Shown: one piece after another, positions 11,261-25,800 of the stretch | Position numbering within the stretch: the stretch's first letter is position 1 | How the letters are laid out: each line of letters opens with the position of its first letter | DNA from: Acanthaster planci | Taxonomy: Eukaryota | Length of the DNA stretch: 64,000 bases | Reading direction: 5' to 3' | Assembly: GCF_001949145.1 (NCBI RefSeq) | Contig: NW_019091360.1 | Span: forward strand, 2,477,599 to 2,541,598 | The notes under the pieces: model-generated | What the model saw: only the letters and a program-made list of their open reading frames with translations | The model's database searches: none | What the model was told of the DNA's origin: nothing | Translations under genes and position numbers: made by a program

Positions 11261-14200
11261 TTACAACCAATTTCAGCAATAACTGATAAATTTGATCTGA
11301 ATTAAATGGTTTTGTTTTAGGTTTTGCTTGAACTAATGTATATTCACATTGTTTCCCCAGTGTGAATATACACAATATACGTTAGGGCAAAACCTGTTCT
11401 GAAATTAACACCCTATATTATATGCCATGCAAAATTGATATCATTGAGATTGCAGTGGATTTCTTTTTTATTTATTTGTAGTTAGCACAGTAACCATAGC
11501 ATTAGGGGTAGCACTGGGTATGGTTGGAGGGATTCTGTGACTGGTTTTGTCATCATTGTTTGCTGCAAGTATAGGAAGCCTAAGGTAGGCCTATGTAGTA
11601 TATATGTATGTTTGTCCTTTGTGTGCAAAGAAGCAGTTCTGAAATTTTAGTATACATGTACATGTATATGGTAATGTTCATATCAGGAGTTCTGTACTGC
11701 TGCTGATGGCATCATTCTGCTCAGAGTTTATTCCCCTTGTCTTTGTATTTTTGCATATTGCTAGGATAACAAGAACACTGCTTATGTATATGAGACTAAT
11801 ATAAGGCCAGGGGGACAGTCAGCCACGGACAGAGAATTCCCTGTTGGTCAGGACACTGTCAACAAGGACCATCCCTATGATGAACCCCCTGACCGGGATA
11901 GTTTACCCATGTATGAGATTGCAAGGTACAGTAAACTGGACTTAATCGGCAGGGTGAAGCTAGCCAGGTTGTAGGAACTAAACTGAACCTGATTTGAAGC
12001 AAGCTTAATATTTACTTGAGAAAAAATTTCTCATGTTGACATAATATTTTATTATGAAAACCTGCACAAAACAAAATGAGTTTCATTTGGATGTTGAGAC
12101 TTTCAAAATTACTAAATTAAATGAGCCGAAATAACCAGAACATATGGACTAGATTACAGAAATATCCAAAAATGTTGCTTTTGTTTGTCCATCATTGCTT
12201 TTGAGAATTTTCAGGCAAATCTTTTTCAAGATCCCAAATATGTTTCACCTGTAGATTTTCTCCATTTTTCCCTAATGATAAAATTTTGACTGTGATATGT
12301 TTTTCTCCTTTATTTTCTGCAGACAAAATTCAGTCAATCATATCTATGCTTCTTTTGATGACTAAACAACCCATGTAAGCAGACTTTTCAGTGAAATTCA
12401 CCTTCATAGCCTTTTTCAACATTGAATTGGAATCTCAAAGGGCATTATCTCCTTGTTTAATATCTCAGATGTATGAAAAGACAGACACAGCACCGGTGGT
12501 ATCTCAGGAGAAAAAGTGGAACCACTCGGAGTTGAGTAATCAAGTTACCAGATTTCTAAGTTTCTGCAGAGGTGAATTTCTTGTTCTTGTATTGTTTTGA
12601 TGGCATCTACATATACATGTACATAAAGCCAGGACTGTACTGATCTTTCATATTTTCGGATATTGTATTGATCATTGAATGATATTCTTTTCTTTTGAAA
12701 AATCAATGCAGTAAAAAGGGGAAAAGATTTGGTTGCAAATTTGCATTTTAAAAGCAGATTTCAAGAGAGGTACTCATATAGGCAGCTGATGCATATACCC
12801 AGTACATGGCCAGAGCTTAAAACTTAAAACCTAATCCCAGCCTCCTCCTTTAGGAAAAGGATTGGCACCTGTTCTCAAATTCATTTGCATTTTTTGTGTT
12901 GAGGGGGATTGGGTACAATTGAATATTAGAAACATACATGGAAGGTTAAATGTTCAATTGACTGAGCCTTACCTTACGCCAGTTTGAGTCAAGGAAACCC
13001 ATGACCAGAACTGCAAGACAGCAACATCAGTCGCGATACTGGGAATAGCATGGGCATGATGTGGAAAACTATATGTATCTGACTCGGATAGTATTAAGGA
13101 CAGCTTGAGTTGTATTTAGAGGGTGTGTTTGAGAGTGGAAAGAGGCAAAAAAAAAGAAAGAATTTTGAAACATTCGGTGGACACTCATCAGCTGTTTAGT
13201 CTATATAGACTTGGATCAACATTTACATGTTACTTTCATGTGGTATATTTTTCTTATATAGTCAAGAATATTAAATCAAGAGATTAGCATTTTGCTGACT
13301 TATGTCACTGTTTGGTGTGTGTAGTATAATGCGTGTATGTGGGGGGTATGAAAGTTAATGAAATTGTATGAATGAAGTTGTATTGTACTCATCTTAAATT
13401 TAAGTGTAACCACGATTAGTGTTTGTGCATGTGTGGTCAGAAAACTGAAGAAAAAATTAATGATTGAATGAAAATTAATTCATTACAGAAAAGTACTCTT
13501 AATTTGTAAAGGAAACCAGATTTTGGAGCTGAAATGCAAAGAAGCTGAAAGACACTTTCCAAATAAAGAACAGAAAAATTCTAAAACGTGCTTCCAGTGG
13601 AGAAACACATCCGTTTGATAGTATTGATTATCATTAGTGCATTATCTAAATAGCTTCATGTACAATACATACTTGTATTCAGTTTTTTAATCCTAGTTTT
13701 TGCTTTTTTCCTGTTGATATAATTTTTGTAGTGTCTTCAGCCATTTTTACAGTAATTGTGTTCCTTTAATTCATATTCTGTTATTTTGCTGTTGTATTTT
13801 CCCTTTTCTTATTTGTAGAATAGCAGCCCTTGGAACCAACAGCATTTCTTTGTTCTGTTTGCTTTGATTTGCTTTTTTACCCCCTCCACCTTTACATCTC
13901 TGTGTTTGGAATTTTAAGCGGTCAAATAAATGTGCTATAAGCTCACACAAAAATTCTTCATCTTTTTTTCTGACTGCTTTCGTTTAGTAACACCTTTTTG
14001 TTTCTTATTGGCTTTGGTGGGGGATTTGTCCTTTTTATGTGTGTGTGTGTTGTTTAGGAATTTTTTTAGGGGAGTTGTTTTTGGTTTTAATTTAAGATTT
14101 TGGAAGCAATACACCCATACATGTGTTCTTTCATAAACCTTCTTTTCTCCTTCAAGAAGCATGTGTGTATGTACTTGCACAAATTGACAAATCCAAGGAA

Positions 14201-15463
14201 AACAGGGGCCTCCCCATAAAAGCACTAATCAAACGATCAAGCTGAGGGAAGATGATTTCATTGACTTTTCCGACAGCATTTTCTCCAAAGAGCCATAAAG
14301 AATACATAAAAATTCAAAACTTTAGGCTCCAAAAGAGACGTCCCCCCCACAAAAAAAGAAACTCTGTTTTGGATCCACTCTTGATTATACATGTATCTAT
14401 TTTAAACAATATACTGGTACCACCCAGCAAGAACTGGGGAAAAGTGTCCCAGTCTTTGGGACAAATTTTTTGCCCATGTAGGCTTAACAAAGTTCTTTCC
14501 AAGAATACATCCTTAAGAAAAATATTGAAATAGAAAAACAGCTTAATGTACATTATCTCAAGAATAGAATGGCATATTTGTAATGTCTGCCATTTGCCCG
14601 TCCCATTTTCTTGAGAGTTTGTCTTTACAAAATCTGATCCAACTGTATAAAATGTAAGCCTTGGATGATTAATACTTGTACATATGTTGTTTAAGCAGCA
14701 AATCTTAATATTCACTTTGTCAAAATTTATTGTCTTTCACAGAACAAAAAGTTAAAACTTTAACATTAATTCGTTATACCATAAATGTGAGTTGACTCTC
14801 GACCAAGAAAAAAAGAAAAACATTCAATGAACAAATAATGAAGAGTCATTTTTAGAAAATAATCAAAGGACTCATCAGTCACAGTTTTAGATGTTACACC
14901 CACTGGGAAAGTTAATCATGATAGCTATACAGGACTTGCCCATGATGAAAAACAACATTTACTACTCAAGTTAAGACCACTTTTTATTTTGTGTATACTT
15001 TTTATATGATACATTTTACTGCTGAAAATGAGCATTTGATGTTTTGAAACGTTTTCCTAGATTTTTATTCCAATGAGAACACCATCTAGACAAACAAGAA
15101 ATGAAAGAACTAGACCCCACTCATTACTTGGAAAAAAGTACAAGTTAAGAAAAACTGGTCCTTTTTTTAAGAATTGCTCGTGGGTAGCTTGAAGTGGCTC
15201 ACTGCAGTCATGTAGTCTTGTGGACAATTGTTGATAGGCCTTGAAACAAAACTAATTTAGCATTAAGGCACAGTTGTTACTTTTGTTTTCTTTTTTAAAG
15301 TGTTTTCCCATGTAACTTTCTGATAAGTATTTTGAAATGCAGCCAGTTATTCAGATTTTATTGTCGTCATTTGTATATTTATATATTCATTATGTTTTGG
15401 GTGCCCGGTGCTTTTCGTGTTCAAAATATTCCCTCCCTGAAAAAGGATCATTTTTAATGAACG

Positions 15464-15679
15464 AGCGCCCTCTACAGATTTTGGGGTGTTATTTCAAAAA
15501 TGGATGCGCCCATAGCAACCGGCAACCTGTACAGTTTGATTTAATGACTGGTTGAACTTGAAGACTCGACTCTTTAATTTTAAATGGATATTCTCTGAAG
15601 AAATTAAGACATTTACTTCTTTCTTCTTTTACTGATGGTTACTCATTAGTAATTGGGACTTCCTGGATTAAAATATAAG
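15464..15679 (+). promoter_or_regulatory. Candidate INVS promoter (RFX X-box-like site) and non-coding first exon
   Basis: GCGCCCATAGCAAC at 15506-15519 (reverse complement GTTGCTATGGGCGC), followed by GGCAAC. A strong donor AAG|gtgaga lies at 15679/15680. The INVS ATG at 19881 sits directly after an acceptor (ttgttcacag|ATG), which suggests an upstream UTR exon. Confidence 0.5.
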
Positions 15680-15744
15680 GTGAGAATTAACTGCACCCAT
15701 ACACAGACTGAAATTAAAGTCACTCACCGGTCAACTTGGACCGT

Positions 15745-17350
15745 TCCTTCGTTCATTCATTCATTCATTCATTCATTCATTCATTCATTCATTCTTTAAT
15801 TTATTTCCACGTACTATATACGGTAAATTTATGACAAGAAGGAAAATGGTTGTAGGTGGGATTCCATAGAAGCAGTGCTTATCGAGTAGGGATCCCATTA
15901 CCATCAATACAATAATAATGACGAACAATTAACATGATTAAACAAGAAGACAGTAGGACATGTAAACACTAAGTCTTGTAACCCTGTAAGACACAAAAAT
16001 TAAATGGTATTAAGTAGAATTTGATTAACCACTTAATAGTTTAGCTTTATATTTATACTTGAATGTTAGTAGGTTCCCTCTGAGATTTTTTATAGAGGTG
16101 TCCAGGGAATTCCACAGCCTGGGCCCTCATGCTTGACTGTATTTTGTGTAAGAGTAGTAGGCCTATGTGCAAAAGAATGATGAAGTTTCATGTGCTGTCT
16201 GGTGAAATGATGGTGCACTTCTTCATTTTTTATAAACATAGAACAAATGGGATTTAGGTAATTTTTAGTGTTTAACTGGTACCAGCTGAAGGAAATATAT
16301 CATTTACTTTAAGAGTTTTGTACAATAAAACAGTAGAGTACTATGGTCAAGGTAGGCGGCTGAGTGGGTCATTCTTAAAACTCTTTTTTGCAGTTTCAGT
16401 ATTCTATTTGTTAAACTTGCCCTACAATTACCCCAGGCTAATACCCCATATGATAGATATGGTACAATTTAAGTATTGTAAGGTTTGAATAGTGCATCCT
16501 GAGGGAGAAATGGCTTTAGTTTACATACATGTATTACTCCAATATTTTTTGAAACAGTTGTGCAAATATTATTGATTTGTTTTTTCCGTGAAAGATTCTG
16601 TTCAATTTACAGACCTAGGACTTTGACAATCGGTTTTATCAATTTGTACATCACCAATAAAGATTTCAGGTAATTCGTGATGTTGCTTATTACAAAAGAG
16701 CATATAGTTAGTCTTCCTAATATTAAGAGACAACCTATTTGCTTTAAGTGAGTTTGAAACTGTAGTAAGCTCGAGATTAACATTATAATAAAGAGTATTA
16801 ATATTAGGGTAACTATAGAATAGGTTACTGTCATCAGCAAATAAAATAAAGGTAAACAAATCGGAAGATTGAACAAAGTCATTATATATATGGAAAATAA
16901 AAGTGGCCCCAGGATGGATCCTTGCGGAACTCCATGAAAAACTGTACCCACAGAGGAGTGAGTACCATTAACAGATACAAATTGCTGACGATTTGAAAGG
17001 TAACTCCTGAACCACTCCAAGGCGGTTCCTCAAATGCAATAATCAGCAAGTTTGTTTAGTAGTATATTATGATTGACTGTATCAAAGGCCTTGGAGAGGT
17101 CCAGGAATAAACCAGTTGTAACAGAGGATGCATCTAAATTATTAGGTATTTGATTAATTAGGTGAATGATAGCACGTGAAGTTGAGTGGTTTTCACGGAC
17201 TCCAAATTGAGAGTCAGAAATTATGCCTTGTTCACCTAGAAAGTCCATTATACGGTTGTGAATTATTCATTCAAGAAGTTTTGAAAAAGTAGTAAGAACC
17301 GAGATAGGCCTATAATTATTTACTTGATCACAATTACAACTTTTAAAAAT
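15745..17350 (-). mobile_element. 5'-truncated L2/Crack-type LINE (decayed ORF2 RT, 3' UTR and (TGAA)n tail)
   Basis: Minus-strand RT motifs [62 protein letters not shown] and [11 protein letters not shown]. The element ends in AATAAA and a (TTCA)n microsatellite at ~15745-15795 on the plus strand. Confidence 0.9.
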
Positions 17351-19880
17351 TCCAATGGCCATGCCATGTCATACCATGTACCAGGAGTGCTTGTGGCATT
17401 GAACAATGAACATGATATGGACACCTGTAGTTATTCCCTATAGTGATCTATTATTAGTCTTCAGAAAGCAAAAACATGTCCAGAAAAGTTCAATTTATAT
17501 GTAGGTGGGTTTACTTGGAAAACACTTAGAATTTTTCAGACCAGTCTCATCATAGGGTTTGTGCATGGGGTTTCAAAGTGGCATCCGTAGGAACTCTTTC
17601 CGACTTCTTAACTAAATATAGGAATCATTGCATTGAATTGGGAGGCTAAAAGTTTATTAACCTCTCAAGCTCACTTATTGTTACTAAAATATGGAGGGCC
17701 TTTGAGAAAGATTCTGCCAGGATCGAAACGTGAGGCCCTCCATATTTTGAGATTTGTATTTTAGGTCACTGTAGTCAGCAAGCAGTTTGCAGTAGTTTTG
17801 TATTTTTTGTAACTTATTCTTGAATATGGAGAGTGCTTTGCTACAGCAAAGAATACTGCCAGAGTGTGTACGGTCAAACATAGAGTGCATATTGCCAACC
17901 TCTGTAATTCATATTTCAAACTTATTTTATGTTTTACAGATCTGTGGTGCTGTGTAAAATGAAGGTTGGATGGGGCAAGCATTTGTACACCATTGTACGA
18001 AGCCACTGCAGGTAAAAATACACGTAGAACTGTAACTGTACGAACTGTGAACACTGTGTACATGTAAGAACAAAATGGAATAGTTATTTCTAACCGTCAT
18101 ATTATACAGGGCAAGAAAAACATTTCAAATTGAAGCTGCCTGGTTTCTTAGGAAGTAGCAGTAAGCTACACATGAAATTTTTAAGCCCTCTTCAAAATAG
18201 ATAAGCTGAATGATTCTCTATGCCTACATGTATGTAATTTAAAGGGATTTTTTACTGTAAACAATGAAAAAAGACAACTTTTGGTTTAAGTTAATTTCAT
18301 TGGCAAGGTATAGTGTCTTTGTGATTTTATGCTGATATAAATTTCAATACAGTGTACATGTATGTGATGATGTCTTAGAAGGAAAACCTTCATTCTGCAT
18401 TGATTTGTAAACAAAGCAGTGCAGGAACCTGTGACACTTTTTTAGCTGTTCTAAATTTAAATCTATGCTGTTTTGGTGATTCATTGTTGTGTGCCTGTAA
18501 CACAGCAACACTTTCTCAGAAATGTGTTCAAAAGTTCTTCGTTCGTAAAAAAAAACACATAAAGTGACCAACATCTTCCCTGCATGACATCATAGGGCAA
18601 CAGTGCCCCCATTTTCCCAGAAAAGCAATGATTCTAAAAAGTGCAATGTTCCCAGCATTCAACCCCCAAAATATCAGTAGGCTTTCATACATCAAAGGAA
18701 AGTGTTGCACAGAAGTGCATACAAGAAAATTTATCAATGCAAACAATGCAAAAAGTATGTTCACAATACATGTGCATGTACTTGCCAGCCATGAGGACTT
18801 TTAAAATTGTTTCTTCGAAGCCAAGTACAGGAGTTATTTCTTGATGATGTATATTTTATTTGAATATGGAAAATAGGAAAACAAAAATTCTGCACAATTT
18901 AATTTCAGTTGGAAAATGGTGGACTTTGAACCCTCCTGTTCAGGCAAATTTTGTAAGTCCATGTAAATCCACATTTGCTACATGTAGTTCAGCCTGTCAC
19001 CTTGTGAATGTAATACCCAGAGGTTTTTATTTTGCGCAAGAAATAAAGACCAGAAAACTGTAAAGCCTTTCAGTACCCTTCCACTCTGTTGACATTTAAG
19101 CTTAGAAATCACTGTAGCGTGACAACAGTCTCCACCACAAGAAAAGCCTGCTCCTGTACAGGCTAGCAACGCACAATGAAAAACTGTCAGTAGCGGATTC
19201 TCCTATCATCACTCAGGGCTGCTAAGTCTTGTGTGCACCAATGACTAAACCTAAAATATCAACTCGTTGAGTCATATCTAACCACAGAGGTGTCTGCAAG
19301 TTTGTACAACTTTGCCCACCTCCCTGGTTCAGTTGAAGTGCTGTGGATGGAAGCTGAAGGAATTCTCCATTTTTTCCCTCTTGCACATACCGCACTTGTT
19401 GTAAGAGCACTGTACCAACAATGCAAACTTCTTTATTGGTTGTACTGATATTTGTAGAAGAGTAGTTGAAATGTGTTCTAATTTCTTCAAATGCTTTAGA
19501 GTAAGTACTGTTAACTTTGGGTATTTACACGTACATTTATTGATATTCCCTCATCTTAGTTCTTACACTTACATACACGTCCCTTGCGTTAGAGCACTGT
19601 GTAGGTTTATCACAATGTATACATGAATTTGATTGTTATTAAAATTGAGCTTGCTTTTTGAGATGCTGGTAGAAAGTCGTTAAGGACGTGATCCAGAGGT
19701 TTTTTGTTATTGCAGACAATTTGAATTTATTAAATAACTTCATGTAGTGTCATTCATCATATTAGCACAGTAATATACGTGAAATTACATCTACATTGGA
19801 AGTGAAATCCTTGTGTGTTATTGTCCTTTTCAGCCTGCATTTAGACACTGAGCCGGGCATTGAAACTTGTTTGTTCACAG

Positions 19881-22800
19881 ATGAGAAGTGGACGTGTGCA
19901 CGCAGAACAAGGAATTGACATGCCTGCCAGTGACAATGGCCCCACAATGCAACAGCAGCAAGGCATTATGGGATCCAGTGCATCCCTCCAAGGAGGGATA
20001 GCACAGAGCACACTCGTACATGCTGCTGCTGTCAACGGAGACAAGAGTGCACTTAGTAAACTACTCAACAGTAAGTTCTTACCTGTACATGGGGTGCCAT
20101 CCATTTACATCATAGTTTTGCGTATTGATAGATCTACGGACTGGATTGTACTTGTAACAAAGGTGAACGAAATATATTCCCCCCATTTCATGTGTGAACC
20201 AAATTTTCTTGCATACATATTGAGCCCATGTGTAGTGAAGTAAAATAAATCATGCTTATTAATTCCCATAAAACCAAAATGGAATTTGCATCAACACTGT
20301 GCACAAATTTAACATGTGATGCAACACCATACACGTACATGTAGTTTGACGTGGATACTGTTGCAAGCGAGTAAGCTTGTGACTTCGCAAGCTCTCGGAC
20401 AAGCACTGAGCATACAGTGTTTGTTGTTATTAATATACACGTTGGGTAAGGGCAAAACCCGTTATATAAAAAAAATACTGTTGTAGCTATTAAAGATGTA
20501 ATAACCCTACTTCATGCATATATATACATGTATATTTGGTACTGTGGAACTGTGGGCGCTCCTGGCAAGTAGCTGACAGTCCAATTTACAGGTGGCATTG
20601 CATTGCATTTGTCAAAGGAGACTCTTGTTTAGTGCTTTCCATCGGACCAGTAGTCTCAGTTATTATCCAGTTCATCAGGCAGGGCCATTCAGCAGCCAGT
20701 AGTGCAGATATTATCTCAGCCCTCACAGTTGCCCCCATTTATACACATGGGTGGAAAGAGGCAAGTGGGGGTAAATAAAGTGACTTAACAAAGGTCAAAA
20801 TGTGTTGCCAGCTGCTAAGTTGAACCGTGGACCTCTGACAAGGAGTCACAACTCCTAACCAACAGGCCACTGTCAGCTTCGCCTCCCCATTTGAGTATCA
20901 CATGTATCCAGCAGTTTGGAATGATCAACTTTCAGTTGTATGTTTGTGAATGTGTGCACATGCATGCATCCGAAGGCATCTGACAACTGTTCATTTTTAC
21001 ATCTGAGTGATGTTTTTTCAATGTGCGTGATTCTACATTGACCACAGATAGTCATGATGATATCAATGCTGGGGATCAGTTTGGACGGACTCCACTGATG
21101 CTTACTGTACTTGCTGACCGACTGGAATGCGCTGAGCTTCTCATTAAGCATGGAGCCAATATCAACAGCATTGACAGTGTTGGGAGGACTGCGTTCCACT
21201 GGGCAGCGTACAAGGTGGGAACCTGTATTTCATTGTTGTCGACTTGATTTGCTGACTTGGACTCAAGTCAAAAACAAATCATACTTTTTTTTAAATTGAG
21301 ACTTCACTAACAACAAAGAGACTTGTGCCTTGACTCGGACAAATTTGACGTTTTGATATTACCAACCTAGGAAATAAATACAATCTTGAATAATATCTCT
21401 GTGACTTGGCATTTGCACAAAAGCTGCCCATACAAAATATCAGCATATTATGATGCAGAACGAGGCAAAGAGGTTAGACCTATTTTGCAAAACAGTTTAC
21501 AACTGCACCATAGTGAACGAGTGAAATGCCACCTTACACAAACTAGAAATGTGTTTGTGGTTCCATCTGAATCCATTATAACCCCAAGATCTCAAACTTT
21601 GTCAGATGATATGATACAGGCAGCCCTATTGGCACTTCAGTCTCTACTTTTTGGAGAATTACATTTTGAAATGTGATGAGAACTGCAAGATCTTGCTTTT
21701 GCTATCATTCAGTGCGAACATGTTTAAATGTCATGGACGGTTTTGACATCAGATACATATGGGCTTGAAAAAATGACCTGGGACTTGACTCGACTTGGGA
21801 AAAGGTGACTTGTGACTTGACTTATGGAAAACATTTTTGACTTGTAGAAAAATGACTTAGTTGAAACACTGGTGCATTATCCGTACATGTACACCTTCAG
21901 TGGCAAGTAGGGAAAGGCTAGACTAGACACCTGGCACCTGTGTGAAAGACATCCATTTTCATTAATTGGTTGCACCTGTTCTACATGGATATCATAGGCA
22001 CAGAAAGCCTCTATCTTCATGTAGTGTGTCTTGTCCAAGCTACATGTACATGCACATGTACCGTACATTCTGTATAAACTGCCAGTGGAAACCCATATTC
22101 AGGAAGTTATTGCCCCAACTCTTCCAGGTCCTTCAAAATCCTCTTAGAATTTTTCAGAGATTTTTAGCAGAATCAAGAAAGGAAGAGCTTCAGTAAATAG
22201 TTTGATGCACTGTGTCAGATTGAGGAAAAGATATATGTGATTGATTTCCATTCCTGGGGAGTATTGTCAAGGTAATTTTATGTTAATTTTTTGTCTAACT
22301 AAAGGGTAACCTCAGATTTTGCAAGCTCCTTCTAGCCAAGGGAGCTAACTGGAGGATAAAAGACAGGGAAGGACAATCGGCATTGCACCTAGCAACTCGC
22401 CATGACAACACCAAATGTCTGATGTTGCTGATTAAACAGCTGGAGCCGGGGGAACAAGATGAACAGGACAATGCAAAGGTGGGAATCATGCTCTATGTAC
22501 ATGGTAAATGTCATAGCAGTGAGCCAGTCCATTATTTCTAAAAGCCAAGGTCTTTCAGGAACAAAGCACCTGTGTGAGTCAGTGTAGGTTGTGCTGATAG
22601 GACAAAAGGTCAAGTGCATGTTTAGCCATTCCAAATAGCCTCACACTGAGCATGCACTGTTGGAATACCGAAATGGCTCATTAAGAGAAAAACTGAAAGC
22701 ATTGATGTTCTCAACACAGAAGTAATGAAATGCAGAAGAATTGACAACCTTATACTGGAACCAATAGCAACGGCATGTACATGTACCAGGAACATTTCTG

Positions 22801-25800
22801 ATCTTGATTACAAATATAGTTGACTCACAACTCAGTGGGTTAAGAAAAAGGGATTAAAAACTACACTTCATTTGTCATGCACATGTATGTACTTCTTGTG
22901 TACCTACTGTTAACTTTGTACAACGTGTTGCGTAATTTGGAAATCTTTTTTTTCCCCTTCAGTTCCCAGTTGCATGTTTGTAGCAAGTCAGATATTTTGT
23001 TGTACTTAATTTGTTGTAAATAGAGCAGAATTTTTATTTTCTTGTGAACTTTATTCTCACAGAGGACTGCCCTACACTGGAGTTCTTCCTATGGGAATGA
23101 AGAGGCTGTCAAGCTTCTTATTAAACACGTAGGTATCATTTTGATTGGATACCTAAGGAATCACTTCTATGGTTGAGACTGTCCAATGAAGAAACCAGCT
23201 GTCTTTTCTGCCCTGCTGACAGGGTTCAGTCTAAGCATTAGAATCCATAAATGAGAACACAAGCATTTACTAAGCTGCTTCCTAAAGAGAGTAAAGGAAG
23301 ACATAGGACTTACGCCATCTACTATGACAATTAATTCTTTATCAAATGGCTGAATGGTCACCTCTTGTACTGTATAAAGTTATCATTGTTGAACTGGCTC
23401 CAAGTTTACCAAGATTTTTTGCCCTTTACCAAAGCTTTGGAAACCTGCCTACTACCTAAATAATGTTCATGGTACAGATGTGCCTCAGGTCACAGTGGTC
23501 AGTGTCAGCACCCATAGACAGTTAACTTGAACCGCAGGTCTCTCAGACATGAATTTATACCTGTCACATTAGTGTTCCAGGTTTTTCAAAGTCCTAAGCC
23601 TTGTAGTTCCTTGTCAGGATTTGAAAAGAAATACACACGTTTTTGTAGCAGTCAGTGGATTGTGTCTTGGTCATTTTCTTGCAGAATTCTAACATTGGCA
23701 TACCTGACGTTGATGGCAAGACGCCATTGCATTGGGCTGCGAGTGCTGGTCATGACACGTCTGCCGTCAACACCGTGCAGCTTATACTGGTCAGTTCTGA
23801 CCTAGTTCTACTATTGGGTTGACCGCGAACCAGTTTTGTGGATCATAGAACTACTTGTTACCTTTGGAAGAAAACTTTTACATAACAAAATAAGCCTCAG
23901 TCATAACATAGATCCAGGGAAATTCATCATTAGGTTAAATCCCATCACGAGGGGAAGCTGATGTCAATTTTTTGCAATGTATGTCATATTTTGGGGTTTG
24001 TTTTTTTTCCTCAGGATGTCGGCTTTGTGCCATGCACCCTAGCCGTGTCAAATCAGTGTTTTGAATGTCACTTTAGCTATTAATGGAAGAAACAAAATTG
24101 TTTCAGCCCCTTGAACTTATAAACAGTGTTATACTTGACCAATATCTTTGTATTATGCTTTGTGTAATGAGGGAAAGGGGTCTAAAAAACAGTATTTTGT
24201 GCAGATTTACTTTGTGGATAGCCCCCTTTGTAGGTGTAGTTTATTTGTAATGACAATTCACTTGTCATTGGTCTTACCAGGAGACAGAGCCCAGTGTGAT
24301 CACGTGGCAGGACTACGAGGGTCGGACTGCCCTGCATCTGGCTGTTGCCCAGGGCAACGAGACCATAGCCAAGCAGCTAATCAACTTCCAGGTGAGTTTG
24401 ATTTTAATGGAATGAAGCACTCTGACATAAATCATTTACAGAAACTTCAAAACAACATTGCCTGGATTATATTCACACAACCCAAACACTGCTATTCGTC
24501 ACCACTTCTACAACAACTACACTGGTTACCTGTTCAAAAACGCATCATCTTTAAAACAGCCGTCAATGTATATAAAGCTCTAACTGGCACACATCCTCAA
24601 TACATAACCAACTCTCTTGATCTCAGCAAACCTAACCGAAGTAACCTCCGCTCAAAACACAACCTAAAAATACCACGTACATTCAAAAAGTAGGAGATAG
24701 GGCTTTTCTGTTGCTGGACCCAGATGCTGGAACTCGTTACCTCTTAGTATTCGTAACTGCAACTCCCTACAACAGTTCAATTGTAAACTTAAATCTCATC
24801 TGTTTCCACTCTAGGTTTTGGTCATCTGCTCCCACTAATTTTGTCTTAGCACGTGGTTTACTTTCCTGCAGTTGCTTTTTTCCCAGCGCATTGAAACCTT
24901 CAGAAAAATGCGCTGTATAAATTATTCTAGTAATTTTTATTAATAATGAACCATGCAGAGAAATTGATATGTAAAGTTCAAGGGTTTGCACTCTGTTGCC
25001 GGCATTCAAGCATCAAGTGTGCATTAGATTCAGGCAAAGCTAGTTATTGTGAACTAAAGGAATTTTTATCTCCAGGTTTAACAGAATTAGGCAATATAGA
25101 GCAAGTTCAAGCAATTAGAATAATTTGACCATTGCCATTTCTGTCAGTTGCCTCTCGCCAAGGCAAGCATTTTTCATAAGTTGGTGGTCATTTTTTTGTA
25201 AGACAAATTTTAGAGGAGGACAGAACAAAAAGGATTTTCTATGGTCTTAAGAAAAACAAATAAGGGTCTTCAAGTAGTAGGGAAGAATTAAAAAAGTTTT
25301 GTCCAAAAATGGAAAGAAAAAAAAGAGGTATCCCTTTCCACTAGCGCTAGCCACCAAGGACCACAGTACACAAAATTGAAAGTGGGGACTTGGCCATTAG
25401 TCAGACAGTGGAGCAAAAAAGAATTTTTGTTTTATATTTATATCGGTTAATTGTTGGTCAGCGGATCCGAGACTTCTCAACATAAAAAATGTTATTTTTC
25501 CAGTTTTGAATCTGGATGTTGGTGGATCCAAGCACCAACTTAAAGTCTTGCCTTATATGCACTGCACACACAGTACTGCTCCACTCACATGACAATAGTC
25601 AAACCGTTTTTGTGAATCCTATCGTCACTCAAATACTCACATTTTGCCTTTGGTTGCCTCTCCCCTTGCGTTCGCGGTCTCTATGCTCTTCTGCAATTAT
25701 TTTCATGTCAAAGGTTCACTCTGTACTCACACGTAATTACCTAAAAGGCTAATGATAACCTAGCTGTGTAACTGTGCCCAGAACCTGGTTCCAATATTGT

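Larger units (their letters stand above)
6554..12365 (+). pseudogene. Disrupted single-pass membrane receptor gene (HYR domain, TM helix, tyrosine-motif cytoplasmic tail)
   Basis: Exons with GT-AG boundaries: ~6554-6827 (..QYRI G|gtaagt; least certain); 10553-10783 (HYR: DSEPP.ISCPSNIV..VVNW..IDNVGV..CYPMSSATLEADTTTVKCMAEDEAGNVDSYSFQVTMA, with frameshifts); 11482-11584 (TM: VSTVTIALGVALGMVGGI/VTGFVIIVCCKYRKPK, 1-nt frameshift); 11765-11925 (DNKNTAYVYE...HPYDEP...PMYEIA); 12323-12365 (RQNSVNHIYASFDD*). Splice phases 1-1-0-2 are consistent once the frameshifts are corrected. Confidence 0.7.

Noticed and set aside
24148..24693. 181-aa ORF as an independent gene
   Set aside because: It is a chimera of intron sequence, an off-frame reading of INVS exon 6 and the L2 ORF2 tail.
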